Positions 1 through 9,850 of a DNA stretch of 64,000 bases are shown here, piece by piece; the first letter of the stretch is position 1; every line of letters starts with the position of its first letter. The DNA is from an uncultured Fibrobacteria bacterium (GTDB taxonomy: Bacteria > Fibrobacterota > Fibrobacteria > UBA11236). The notes beneath the pieces were generated by a model. It worked only from the letters and a program-made list of their open reading frames with translations. It made no database searches and was not told where the DNA came from. A program made the translations under genes and the position numbers. The stretch is taken from the NCBI GenBank assembly GCA_963716395.1, contig OY970309.1, positions 64,001-128,000 of the forward strand, given 5' to 3'.

Positions 1-412
1 CGTTTCCAAATTGTTCCAGAAAGATTCCCAGGAAGTAGTTCCAGCCATTCTCGTGCGATCTCCCGCCGTCGCTGTCGGGGAGGCCGGAGTGAAGAAGGGT
101 CATCAACGTGTCTTCCCCCTGTTTCCGAAAGGTCAGGGTCACCGTGGATTCCTCGCCCAAGGTGTTGGGTGAAACCCAGGTATGCTGGATTTGCCCCGGT
201 CGCTCCACTTGCGTGAAGCGGCCGTAATGCGAGGTCCCCATCATCCGCCAGTAGAAGAGCCCGTCTACCTCCGGATGCAAAATGAGTTTTTCCCCCTCAT
301 GCCAGGGAGTGCCGGGGACCTTGGGGTTCAACCACGCATCGAAAACCTCGTCCGGCGGAGCGGGGATGGTGCGTTCCAACTTCAACTCAATGGTCTTCTT
401 TTCGTTCTTCAT
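1..412 (-). CDS. SRPBCC/AHSA1-like domain protein (runs off window edge)
   Basis: Manual translation from ATG at 412: MKNEKKTIELKLERTIPAPPDEVFDAWLNP...HENGWNYFL, matching AHSA1 motifs. Overlaps the upstream ArsR gene. Confidence 0.85.
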   Translation of the reverse strand, partial: MKNEKKTIELKLERTIPAPPDEVFDAWLNPKVPGTPWHEGEKLILHPEVDGLFYWRMMGTSHYGRFTQVERPGQIQHTWVSPNTLGEESTVTLTFRKQGEDTLMTLLHSGLPDSDGGRSHENGWNYFLGIFLEQFGN

Positions 413-752
413 GACTTCTTCTCCTTTTTTTCTTTTTCTTTTTCTCTTCCCGGAAATATTGTTCGAACCGGTCGAGGCGTTCGTTCCAGAAACGTTCGTA
501 CCCATGCACCCAACCGGCCACCTCCCGCAGCGGCTCACCCCGGAACGAGATGAAGACCTCGCGTCCCTGCTTTCTACGCTCGATGAGGTTCGCCCTTTCG
601 AGCAACTTCAAATGTTTGGTCACCGCATTAAGTGCGGTGTCAAACGGCTTCGCAACCTCGAGGAAGCGCGCAGGACCGTTGGCGAGCTGCCCGATAATCG
701 CCCGTCGCGTCGGGTGGGAAATGGCGGTCAGAACCTTCGTGAGCTGGTCCAT
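387..752 (-). CDS. ArsR/SmtB-family transcriptional regulator
   Basis: AISHPTRRAII...AVTKHLKLLERANLI...GRE winged HTH plus the YERFWNERLDR tail typical of SRPBCC-linked ArsRs. Confidence 0.9.
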   Translation of the reverse strand: MDQLTKVLTAISHPTRRAIIGQLANGPARFLEVAKPFDTALNAVTKHLKLLERANLIERRKQGREVFISFRGEPLREVAGWVHGYERFWNERLDRFEQYFREEKKKKKKRRRSHEERKEDH

Positions 753-759
753 GCCCATT

Positions 760-788
760 ATTATACCTAAAGGTGTAATGATTGGCAA
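760..788 (-). promoter_or_regulatory. Sigma70-type promoter with overlapping inverted-repeat operator
   Basis: Minus strand TTGCCA-N17-TATAAT, 7 nt before ATG 752. Imperfect palindrome ATTATACC-N4-GGTGTAAT at 760-779. Confidence 0.75.
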
Positions 789-924
789 GCGGATTTTCGG
801 GTCGCGACAGCAAAAAAAATGATACGCGGGACGGAAGGACTCTTGGTTTTTTTGCCGACTTCCGGCGGCAGCGGCGGCGCCGTCTATATTAATGGAATCC
901 TAGAGACGGGCGAAAGCGATTCGT

Positions 925-1653
925 ATGGCGTACCGATATTTGCTGACCGGCCTCGGAATCATCACCGGCTTGTTCTCCACCGGATTTTCCAAGGTGCTGC
1001 TCACCATTCCCGGCTATACCGTCACCTACCCCAAGGGAAAAATCGGCGGCAAAAGCGCCGAAGGTTTGCCCGGCAATTACGTCGGCCTGCCGCCGGCGCA
1101 TGCGTATTACCTCGACTACCGGGTGTATTTCACCGGTGGATTCGCTTGGGTCAAAGGCGGCAAGCTGCCCGGTCTCGTCGGCGGCACGCATACTTCCGGT
1201 TGCAAGGCCGCTTCCCCGGGCGGCTGGAGCGCGCGCTGCATGTGGCGCCGGGGCGGCTGGGGCGAAGTCTATTTATACGATCAGAATCGGGTGAACCGTT
1301 GCGGCGACGATTACCCCTTTCCCGCTCCCGGCACCTTTGCCGTCGCGCACTGGAACCGCATCACCGAACATGTGGTCGTTAATACGCCCGGCCGGAAAGA
1401 CGGGAAAATCGAAGCGTGGCTGAACGGGGTGCTCCAAGACACCTTGAACAACGTCGAATTGCGCGGCGACGTGGGCGCCGACGTGGCTCTGGTCGACCAG
1501 GTCAGCCTGGAGACTTTTTACGGCGGCGGCAACCCCTCTTGGGCGCCGCCGCAGGATATGCAGGCGCAATTCAGCGCCTTCTACGTCCGCGACGACCTTC
1601 CCGATTTTTCCCGGCCCTTCGGATACGATGCTCCGGCGGCTTCGGCCCGCTGA
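925..1653 (+). CDS. Polysaccharide lyase, PL14-like
   Basis: FAWVKGGKLPGL, WSARCMWR, VVNTPG..DG.IEAW.NG and ETFYGG motifs. N-terminal hydrophobic segment. Confidence 0.75.
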   Translation: MAYRYLLTGLGIITGLFSTGFSKVLLTIPGYTVTYPKGKIGGKSAEGLPGNYVGLPPAHAYYLDYRVYFTGGFAWVKGGKLPGLVGGTHTSGCKAASPGGWSARCMWRRGGWGEVYLYDQNRVNRCGDDYPFPAPGTFAVAHWNRITEHVVVNTPGRKDGKIEAWLNGVLQDTLNNVELRGDVGADVALVDQVSLETFYGGGNPSWAPPQDMQAQFSAFYVRDDLPDFSRPFGYDAPAASAR

Positions 1654-1685
1654 CAAGGTGGCTGGGGGCTACGATACCCCAACCA

Positions 1686-2213
1686 TCAGCCCGTGATATT
1701 GAGCACGGTTCCGGTCGTTCCCGTCGGGAGCGGATCGTTGGCGCTCAGAAACGGATCGGCGGAACTGTTGGATGGGTCGGAGGAAGATCCCGATGTGGAT
1801 TGGCTTGCATCCGAAGAGCCGTCGGTCTCCGAAGTGCCATCGGTCGACGCGGTGCTGGCGGACGAGGATTGCGATCCGCCGTGATGGTGATGGTGGTGGT
1901 GCCCGCTGCGCAGGGCAGAAAAAGCTTGCTGGGCCTGGGAAAGATTTCCTGCTTGCAAGGCCTGCCCCAATTGCGCCAACGGGCTGGTGGAACTGGACTG
2001 CGAAGAGGATTGCGAAGAGGAACTGGATTGCGAAGCCGCGCCGGTTCCGGAAGAAGTCAGCGCGGAAAAGGCCTGCTGCGCGGCGCTCAGATCGCCCGAC
2101 TGCAGCGCCTGCGACAAAGCGCTGAAGTTCTGTTGCTGCTGCTGCCATGCGGCCGTGTTGGGATTGGGGTAGACGCTGCTTGAAGTGGATGTTCCGTCGA
2201 TGGCCATGCTCAT
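1686..2213 (-). CDS. Ser/Gln-rich hypothetical protein with duplicated QALQxGxLSxAQQAFSAL motif and His7 tract
   Basis: Internal duplication, AGGAGG SD before the ATG, upstream sigma-28-like promoter. Confidence 0.8.
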   Translation of the reverse strand: MSMAIDGTSTSSSVYPNPNTAAWQQQQQNFSALSQALQSGDLSAAQQAFSALTSSGTGAASQSSSSSQSSSQSSSTSPLAQLGQALQAGNLSQAQQAFSALRSGHHHHHHHGGSQSSSASTASTDGTSETDGSSDASQSTSGSSSDPSNSSADPFLSANDPLPTGTTGTVLNITG

Positions 2214-2267
2214 GTTGTCCTCCTGGTTGCGAACGGCGCGCCCTCGTTCTTCGCGCCTTCTCCAATA

Positions 2268-2294
2268 TTATCGGCGAACGCGGAGACGGCTTGA
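2268..2294 (-). promoter_or_regulatory. Sigma-28 (FliA)-type promoter
   Basis: Minus strand TCAA-N15-GCCGATAA, versus consensus TAAA-N15-GCCGATAA. Confidence 0.7.
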
Positions 2295-2452
2295 GAAGTA
2301 TTCATTTGTAACGGTAACCCAGTTGCATGCGTTCACGGAAACGCGCTTCCATCACCCCACACTTCAAAAATTGGTTCCGGAATGACTTGATTTGTTACGT
2401 ATCTTTAATGTTACGTTCGGGAATTTTCCTTCCCTCTCCCAGAACCGGACCT

Positions 2453-3277
2453 TCAATCGTCGATATCGATGGTCCCCGAAGCCTGCACGTTCATCCGTAG
2501 TTTGAGACCGGCGCCGGAGCAGGCCGTGTCGCCGCGCACCTCCACCCGGCCGGCCGTATCGACCGGCACGCCGGGAGTGTCGAGGCAGTGCGCGAGATCG
2601 ACATCGCGGAACCATCCGTCGACATTGACGGGCAGCACGACTTGGTTCAACACGCCGGCTTGAATGGCCACGCTGTCCGGCGTCTGAAAATCGATGCTGT
2701 CGCTGATGGCCATGCGGATGATGAAGGTCCGGCCCGCGGAATCGGCCGGGCCCAAATGCCCCAGCAACAGCAGGTTTTGAAAATCGGGATAGGCCGTCGA
2801 ATCCTGGCCCGGGAATCGGCCGTAGTTCGCAAGGTCGACCCCCACGAAGCCATAGACTCCGGCGGGAATGCGCAACACCTGGGGCGTGGGCGCCGGCGTA
2901 TTCGGAATGAAGTCGGTGACGAAGGAACGGTTCGACAGCAGACGCTCCTGGATGCAATCCGGAAGCGTGTCGGAACAAACCAAGGTGACGGGAAGTTCGA
3001 ACTCGTAATCGAGCACCCAAGCCTGGATGGAGGTCAGCGTCACGGCCTCGCCCGTCGAATCCGAAAGCGTCAGGCTGCCGTCGGGATTGACGCGCAACGC
3101 CGCCGCGGGCTTGCCGATGGCCGCGGCGGCGGCGGTGGAATTCGCCTGGATGGTGACCACCACGTCGGCAAAGGGAGGGTTGCCCGCGCCCGCACCGCCG
3201 TTGGCGACGTTGTCGTTGATGCACCCGGCCCCGACCAAAACGGCCAGGGGAAGAATCCGCCGCGCGATTTTAACCAT
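2453..3277 (-). CDS. Putative lipoprotein
   Basis: Signal MVKIARRILPLAVLVGAG-C, beta-rich mature region, overlaps the upstream gene. Confidence 0.7.
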   Translation of the reverse strand: MVKIARRILPLAVLVGAGCINDNVANGGAGAGNPPFADVVVTIQANSTAAAAAIGKPAAALRVNPDGSLTLSDSTGEAVTLTSIQAWVLDYEFELPVTLVCSDTLPDCIQERLLSNRSFVTDFIPNTPAPTPQVLRIPAGVYGFVGVDLANYGRFPGQDSTAYPDFQNLLLLGHLGPADSAGRTFIIRMAISDSIDFQTPDSVAIQAGVLNQVVLPVNVDGWFRDVDLAHCLDTPGVPVDTAGRVEVRGDTACSGAGLKLRMNVQASGTIDIDD

Positions 3278-4124
3278 GATCTTTGGTATCCTCTTTCACC
3301 AGCGGAAACAATTGCATGTTCACCTGATACACGGTGTCGGCGTCTTCGATTTGTCCGGCGAAGTCGAGCACCGCATTCCAGAAGTTTTCCATACGCGACT
3401 TCAATTCCGGAATCGCGGCCCGGGAAACGCCCAAGGTCACGGAACGGATGTCGCGATCTTCCGGGACGAAATCGCGCATGGCAGATTGGGCCAAACGCAG
3501 CGCCGCCTCATGGTAAGTCCGCAGACCGGCGTACGAGGCTTCGGACGCCGTACGCACCACCGGATCGGCCAGTCGCCAACGCCCGGCCTCGGCGTCCCAC
3601 ACGATAAGTCCGGCGCCGTGCAGCCAATCGCGCGCCTGCTCGGCCTGCGCCGGAGTGATGCGCGGGAAAATGCGTTCGGCGATCCAGTTGATGTCGCCGG
3701 TATACTCCCGGTGCACCAGGAGTTCGCGCACCACGGGAACATACCATTGGCTGAAAAAATCATGTTGATCTTTTTCCAGGGCTTTGATGGAGGTACAGCG
3801 CTTGTTCCCGGAAATCTTCTGGTAGAAAAGATTTTTTTCGTCGGGACTGCGCGCCTGATCGTAACCCACCAGGCACCGGAAAAACTCGGTTTCTTCTTTA
3901 TTGAGCTTGAGCGCCTTGGCCGTGGCGATGGTGCGGGTCGAATTCAGACTGCGCTTGCCCTGGATCACCATCTGCAGAAAGTTGGGCGAGGTGTAGCCGG
4001 CGCGGCCGGCAAAATACCGGTAGGAAAGCCGGGGCGAGGCGGCCTTGAGCGCGGCGAAGGCATCGCGCAGAAAAACCCGATACTCGAGATAGGCGAAGAT
4101 GTCGGGTTTATTGACGACGGCCAT
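3270..4124 (-). CDS. TIGR02147-like (Fibrobacter paralogous family) protein with N-terminal HTH
   Basis: IFAYLEYRVFLRD...LSYRYFA..AG..SP, SQWY.PVVREL, RDIRSVTL, VYQVNMQLFPL signature. Confidence 0.85.
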   Translation of the reverse strand: MAVVNKPDIFAYLEYRVFLRDAFAALKAASPRLSYRYFAGRAGYTSPNFLQMVIQGKRSLNSTRTIATAKALKLNKEETEFFRCLVGYDQARSPDEKNLFYQKISGNKRCTSIKALEKDQHDFFSQWYVPVVRELLVHREYTGDINWIAERIFPRITPAQAEQARDWLHGAGLIVWDAEAGRWRLADPVVRTASEASYAGLRTYHEAALRLAQSAMRDFVPEDRDIRSVTLGVSRAAIPELKSRMENFWNAVLDFAGQIEDADTVYQVNMQLFPLVKEDTKDHG

Positions 4125-4515
4125 GCTGCTTTTTTCCGCGGCTCCTGCACAGATTCCCGGCTTTCATGTATACAAATTCATTGGCCCGCGACCTGTTTCC
4201 GATCCGATGGAATGGCACCGAAAGACAGGCTTGCACAAACAAATGAAGCAAAATCGGTTCGTTTGCCGTTTTGTCCCGACGCGTCCGGCGCCGCCCGGTT
4301 GACTTGCAGGTATCCCCGGCGCTTCCCTGCGGCGATCCTCTCAACCGGGCCGCAGGCACGGTCGACGTACTCCCAGGATTGTGCCGCACCACCGGCATTA
4401 TTACATTGCCGCGACACCAAAACCCCAAGGCCGTTTTCCCTGCTCGCGCCGGTTTTTGCCTAACCCGAATGAGATTTCCAACCCGCTTTTTGGAATTTCC
4501 CCAGTCCAAATTCGC

Positions 4516-6948
4516 ATGCCCGCCGAACCCACTGCCAACGCCGGACGCGTGACGGCGCCGCCGCCGGGTTCGCCCCGGCGTTTCTGGAGCGTCGGGGCCC
4601 GGCTGGCCGCAGGATTCCTGTTTCTCGTCTTGCTGATCTTTTTGTGGGGCTTTCAGATTCTGCGTTCGCTGCACTATGACATCGTGCGCGCTTCCGCCAC
4701 CTGGTCTTGTGCCTCCGCCCTTCCATCTTCGGGCCGCCTGCGGGTGTTCTCGGCCCTGCCTCCGGAGAACCGCGCCACGGCCGACCCGGCCCGGGCGCGA
4801 CCCGCCACCTTTCACATCTGGGCCCATCACCTCCCCCCCGCCCGTCCTGGGAAACCGGAAAGTTACGTGATGCGCATCGGGGCCCGCACGTTCACGATCT
4901 CCGCACGCTCCGACAGCCGCGGCCGGCCTGTGTGGCGGGCTTCCGGCGGAGCCGAGCCCGGCGCCCGTTTCGCCTACTTCGTTTTTCTCGCCGGCACCAA
5001 CCTCACCAAGGATTGGGCCCAGGGCGAATCCCTGCCCAACTTCATCATTTTGAATTGGGCCGACCTCCGCGGCTATTTGCTGCATTCCTTCACCCTCGCG
5101 GATTTCGTGTTGGCGCTGGCAGGGGCCCTGCTGCTGGTGGCCTTCATCCGCTACTGGAGGCTGCACTTCCGCGCGCTGCTGCCCCCGCCGCGCCGCCGAC
5201 CCGACGCCCGCTGGTTCGTCCGGCACGGGGGCTGGGCAGCCGTCATTTTCCTGCTGTATTGGATTCCGTTATTCCACAATATCGTGCTGCTGTATTTCGC
5301 CGGGGTGGCGCTCGGCCTGCAGGCCGCGCGCAGTCTCTGGCGGCAAAATCCCCACGCGCGCCCATGGAATCCCAAAACTGTCACGATTTTGCTGATGATT
5401 GGAGCGGCAGCCTTCGCCTTGCGCGCCTTTAAAGCCGATTGGGGCTTTCCCCTCCAGCTCTACACCGATGAAAACGCCATCACCAGCTTTCCGCCGCGCA
5501 TGGCCGCGCGCAATTCCCTCGACCCCATCGACTTCGAAAGACCCAACCACGGCAGCATTTATCTGAACTCCATTCTGTACGGCTTGGCCAGCCGACTGCG
5601 CTTCCACCGTCCCTTGCAGGATACCTTCGCGGATCACGTTCTGTTTTACCATTGGCTTTCGCGCCTGGCGGTGGCGGTGCTGGGCGTCTGGCTGGTGTGG
5701 GTCGCCTATCTGGTGGGCGCCGAATTCCACCGCGGCTTCGGCCTCTGGGCGGCGCTCCTGTTCACCCTCTTTCCCCAATTCGTGCAGTATTCGCATTATG
5801 TCACACCCGACATTTCCATGACCTTGGCGCTGCTGGGAACCGTGCTGTTTGCGCTGCGTTACCAACGCGCCCCCACTACGGCCAACTTGCTGTACGCCTG
5901 CGCCTGCGCGGCCGGAGCCACGGCGGAAAAATATCCCGGCGTGCTGGCGCTGTCGGCCTTGCTGGCGGCCGCGGCGTGGGCGCATGCCCGGGATGGAAAG
6001 CGTCTGCTCCTCGTCGCGGTGCGGGCCGCATCGGCCTATCTCGGCTTTTTGTTTTTGTTCGCGCCCTACCTCTTTTTGCATCCCCATCTGGTGCTACTGA
6101 ACCTGATTTCCGAATCGCGTCCCACCCATGCCGGGCAGGACGGATTGGGATTGTGGGGCAATCTCCTCTATTACGTGCACACCTACGCCGATTCCACTTC
6201 CCTGCTGCTGGCTGCGTTCGCGCTGGTCGGCGGCGTGGCTCTCGTACGTCAGTGGCGCCGCAGCTTTCCCCTGCTCGTGGGGCTCGTGTATTGGATTCTG
6301 CTCAGCGATTTGCCCCTGCACTGGGACCGCTGGGATATCCCCATGGTGGTGACCCCGCTATTGCTGGCGGCCTACGGCATGCATTGCCTGTGGGAACTCG
6401 GCGGGCGAAGCGCGCCGGCGCCCGGCCGACTGACGCGCGCCGCCGTGGCCGTGCTGGCCTTGGCGGCCTGCGTCGACCTGGGCCTCAAAGACGCGGTACT
6501 GCTCGCCGATTTCGCCTCGCCCGACACGCGCTGGATCGGCGTCGCGAAATTGGATTCCCTGGGCGTGAACCGGGAGAACGCCTTATCGGACCAGTACACC
6601 CCTTTGAATCCCATTTGGAAAAACGGCTTCGACTTCATCGCGGCCTACCACGATTCCACGGCCACGCAAGACCGCAAATATGCGGTGGTGTCGAGCGATT
6701 TTTACGGCCGTTTTTTCCGGCAACCCGAAAAATATTCCGCCGAGGTGAATTTTTACCGCACGCTGTTCCGCGCGCCCGAGGTTTTGGATCTGAAGCCGAA
6801 CCCCATGCCCGAACGGTTCGCGTCTTTCAACGACTTCGCCAATCTACGCCGCGCCGCGCCGGCCTGGCGCGATTACACCGCGCAGCACGCCGAATTTTCC
6901 GTGGGGCCCGAAATCCGCGTGTTCCGAATCGCTGCCGCGCCGCAGTGA
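4516..6948 (+). CDS. GT-C fold membrane glycosyltransferase (GT39/ArnT-like)
   Basis: Polytopic. YTDE motif after the first catalytic-region TM, SHYVTPD, A.KYPG. Start placed at ATG 4516. Confidence 0.8.
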   Translation: MPAEPTANAGRVTAPPPGSPRRFWSVGARLAAGFLFLVLLIFLWGFQILRSLHYDIVRASATWSCASALPSSGRLRVFSALPPENRATADPARARPATFHIWAHHLPPARPGKPESYVMRIGARTFTISARSDSRGRPVWRASGGAEPGARFAYFVFLAGTNLTKDWAQGESLPNFIILNWADLRGYLLHSFTLADFVLALAGALLLVAFIRYWRLHFRALLPPPRRRPDARWFVRHGGWAAVIFLLYWIPLFHNIVLLYFAGVALGLQAARSLWRQNPHARPWNPKTVTILLMIGAAAFALRAFKADWGFPLQLYTDENAITSFPPRMAARNSLDPIDFERPNHGSIYLNSILYGLASRLRFHRPLQDTFADHVLFYHWLSRLAVAVLGVWLVWVAYLVGAEFHRGFGLWAALLFTLFPQFVQYSHYVTPDISMTLALLGTVLFALRYQRAPTTANLLYACACAAGATAEKYPGVLALSALLAAAAWAHARDGKRLLLVAVRAASAYLGFLFLFAPYLFLHPHLVLLNLISESRPTHAGQDGLGLWGNLLYYVHTYADSTSLLLAAFALVGGVALVRQWRRSFPLLVGLVYWILLSDLPLHWDRWDIPMVVTPLLLAAYGMHCLWELGGRSAPAPGRLTRAAVAVLALAACVDLGLKDAVLLADFASPDTRWIGVAKLDSLGVNRENALSDQYTPLNPIWKNGFDFIAAYHDSTATQDRKYAVVSSDFYGRFFRQPEKYSAEVNFYRTLFRAPEVLDLKPNPMPERFASFNDFANLRRAAPAWRDYTAQHAEFSVGPEIRVFRIAAAPQ

Positions 6949-7131
6949 GGCCAGCGGGGAAGACCTTGATCGCGGTTCCGCTTTGCCCCCGCGTGCGGGA
7001 GGCCTGGGCCGCGGTGTAACCGGGGGTATGGTTTTCCGAGCCGCACCGGCATGGGCCGCCGTCAATTCTATTATTAACCCCTTCACCCAAAACCCGTTCC
7101 GGGAGCCGGCGCGCATTCCCTGCCTCAGGAA

Positions 7132-9735
7132 ATGATGGAAGCAAATATTTCCCCGTCCGAAAAACCGCCTTCGCGGCTGCGCCGTGGCATTCGCGCTTAT
7201 ATCGAATTTTCGTACCGGCATCACATCGCCATCGTCATGGCCTCGATGGTCGTAGCCGGCCTGGGCATCTGGTCGGCCACGCGCATCCGCCTCGACGCGA
7301 ATCTGCAGGCCCTGCTGCCGCGCAACACCGAAACCATCCGCGCCATGAACGAGGCCAACAAGCGCTACGGCAGTTCCGATCTGTTCACCATCGCCATCGT
7401 GATGCGCAATCCGGACACCGTGGCGAAAATCCAGGATTCCATTCAGGCCCGGTTGCAGAGCACCTGGCCCGACGTCATGTACGTACAAACCACGCGCGAC
7501 AACACCTTTTTCAAAAACCACGCGCTGTTGTACCTGCCCTCGAAGTACCTGAAGGACATCGAAAGCAAGCTTTCGCACTTGAAGTTGAACCTGGGCATGC
7601 AAACCCCGCTGGGCGCCGACCTGTTGGACGACACCACTGCGGCGACGACGGAAAAGCCCATCACCTGGTTCAACGACAGCATTCCCCAGCAATTGGGTTT
7701 GCCTGATGAAGCCGCCGACGCTTTTTCCGCCTTTTTCAAAAACAAAAACCCGGGCTCCGCGGTAGCATACGATCCCAAAGCCGGCATCCCCGATGCGTTG
7801 AAAGCGCGGCTCATCGGCATGACCCGCGACGGACGCTGCGTGGGCCTGGTGCAGGCGGTGCTGAAATACCCCAGTTCTAACATCGATTACGTCAAAACCG
7901 TACTGGCCCGCACGCAAAAATTGCTGCAACCCTTCCGCGCCCATTACGGCCCGGCGCTGAACATCGGCGTCGAAGGCCCCTATGAGGGATTGGAAGAGGT
8001 GAATTCGCTGGCCCGCAACGGCATGATCGCCACCATCATTTCGGTGGGACTGAACATTTTAATTCTGCTGCTGTATTTTCGCAGCATCGCTCCGGTGATG
8101 ATGGTCGGCTGGCAGGCGGTGTTTTCGTGCATTCTCACCTTGACGGCCACCGCGTTGACCTATGGGCGCATGAACCTGTACACGGTTTTCGTAATCGCCA
8201 TTCTCTTCGGCATGGGCACCGACTTCTCCATCTACGTGGTGGGGTATGCCCAGAAACTGGTGCGGGCCGGCCGCAGTTGGCTCGAAGCGCTGGAAGAAAC
8301 CTGGGATGCGCTTTTCTTCTCCCTGGTGGTGCACGCCACCACCACCATCGCGGGCCTTTTAACCTTGCGGGTTTCGAAATTCGTGGGCTTCTACGAGTTC
8401 GGCATCATCGCCAGCATCGGCGTGGCCGTGAGCATTTCCGCCGCGTTTTTCACCATGCCGGCCTTCATTTTCTTATGGGATCGCGCTTACCGGCGTTATC
8501 CCCACATCTGGCCGTCTTTGAGCCACTCCATTTTGCGCATCCGTTTCCCCGCGCGCCTGTGGAAAGGCGAGGGCTTCGGCTTCGTAAAAGCCAGCGCCAC
8601 CGTGATCGGGTTGGGCACTTTGTTCCTGGCCTTTTTCGTGCCCCGCGTACACTTCGAATACAACTTCGACAATTTGCGCGACACCCAGGACGTGGTGGAT
8701 CACAACCGACCCATCAACGTGGCGTTGAACAGCCACCGCACCAGCAGCCAACCCGTGGTGGTGATGGCCAAGGATTCGGCCGCCATGGTGGCGCTGTACG
8801 ACACCTTGTTGAACCGGTTGACCGTGGAGAAAGATCCCTACCTGCGCAGTTTTCTGACCCTCACCACCTTCGTGCCGCCGACCGCGGCGCAGCAGCGGCG
8901 CATGGCATACATCCGTCGCATCGGCGACATCGTGCAGGCGCGCATCTTCGATCGCGCCCAGGGCGAGGACTCGGCCATGATCGCGAAGCTGCGCGATCTC
9001 ACGAAAACCCAACCCTTTTCCAGCCGTGACATTCCGGCGTGGGCGCTCAATCTCTTGCGCGAACGCGACGGATCTTACGGCAAGATCGGATTCATCTACG
9101 GTAATTACAATTCCTCCAACGCCATCGAAGCCGGCAATTTCCAAGACCGCTACGGCCATTTCGACATCAACGGCGAACATTTGGCCGCCTACTCTTCCAG
9201 CTTTATCTTCAGCGACCTGATGCGCATCGTCAAGGCCGACAGCGTCAAGATTTTCGCCAGTATGCTCGTGATTCTCGTGGTGTTGCTGGCGTGGATTCTA
9301 CGCGATCGGCGGCTGCTGCTCATTTGCAGCATCGAACTGGCCGTGGGCGTGATTTGGATTTTAGGCCTGATGGGTCTGACCGGACTCAAGGTGGGAGCGT
9401 TCAACCTCATCGTGATTTCCGATCTGCAGGGCTACAGCGTGAACGTCTGCACCTATTTGCTGCTCGCCTATATGCGGCTGGGCCGCCATCGCCTGCGCGA
9501 ACTGTATGCGAACATCGGCGTGCTGGTGGGCGTGAGCACCTTGACCACCACGGCCGGGTATGCGGGCATGCTGTTCACCAGCCATCTGGGCATCATCAGC
9601 ATCGGCAAATTCGCGGTGCTGGGCCTGCCCACCCTGCTGTTCACCTCGTTGGGCCTGACGCCTTGGCTGTGCATGAAATTTATTCCCGACAGCAAAGTCC
9701 GGGAATCGAATTCCGTCGACGCCTTGCCGACCTGA
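7132..9735 (+). CDS. MMPL/RND-family transporter
   Basis: Two repeats of 1 TM + large loop + 5 TM. LLP, GMGTDF, TT.AG, F.EFG motifs. Confidence 0.85.
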   Translation: MMEANISPSEKPPSRLRRGIRAYIEFSYRHHIAIVMASMVVAGLGIWSATRIRLDANLQALLPRNTETIRAMNEANKRYGSSDLFTIAIVMRNPDTVAKIQDSIQARLQSTWPDVMYVQTTRDNTFFKNHALLYLPSKYLKDIESKLSHLKLNLGMQTPLGADLLDDTTAATTEKPITWFNDSIPQQLGLPDEAADAFSAFFKNKNPGSAVAYDPKAGIPDALKARLIGMTRDGRCVGLVQAVLKYPSSNIDYVKTVLARTQKLLQPFRAHYGPALNIGVEGPYEGLEEVNSLARNGMIATIISVGLNILILLLYFRSIAPVMMVGWQAVFSCILTLTATALTYGRMNLYTVFVIAILFGMGTDFSIYVVGYAQKLVRAGRSWLEALEETWDALFFSLVVHATTTIAGLLTLRVSKFVGFYEFGIIASIGVAVSISAAFFTMPAFIFLWDRAYRRYPHIWPSLSHSILRIRFPARLWKGEGFGFVKASATVIGLGTLFLAFFVPRVHFEYNFDNLRDTQDVVDHNRPINVALNSHRTSSQPVVVMAKDSAAMVALYDTLLNRLTVEKDPYLRSFLTLTTFVPPTAAQQRRMAYIRRIGDIVQARIFDRAQGEDSAMIAKLRDLTKTQPFSSRDIPAWALNLLRERDGSYGKIGFIYGNYNSSNAIEAGNFQDRYGHFDINGEHLAAYSSSFIFSDLMRIVKADSVKIFASMLVILVVLLAWILRDRRLLLICSIELAVGVIWILGLMGLTGLKVGAFNLIVISDLQGYSVNVCTYLLLAYMRLGRHRLRELYANIGVLVGVSTLTTTAGYAGMLFTSHLGIISIGKFAVLGLPTLLFTSLGLTPWLCMKFIPDSKVRESNSVDALPT

Positions 9736-9850
9736 GCGGCGCTCAACCGGGGTTGGGAAGAACCAGGGGAAAGCCCCCTTGAAGAATGCGGTAGCGTTAG
9801 AGTAGCCTCGGTTTGACATGCCGAGCAGGCAGCGTCAGGGAGGCGCCTGG

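Noticed and set aside
413-450. Poly-Lys/Arg tail of ArsR and purine-rich run
   Set aside because: Explained by overlap with the A-rich ribosome-binding region of the next gene.
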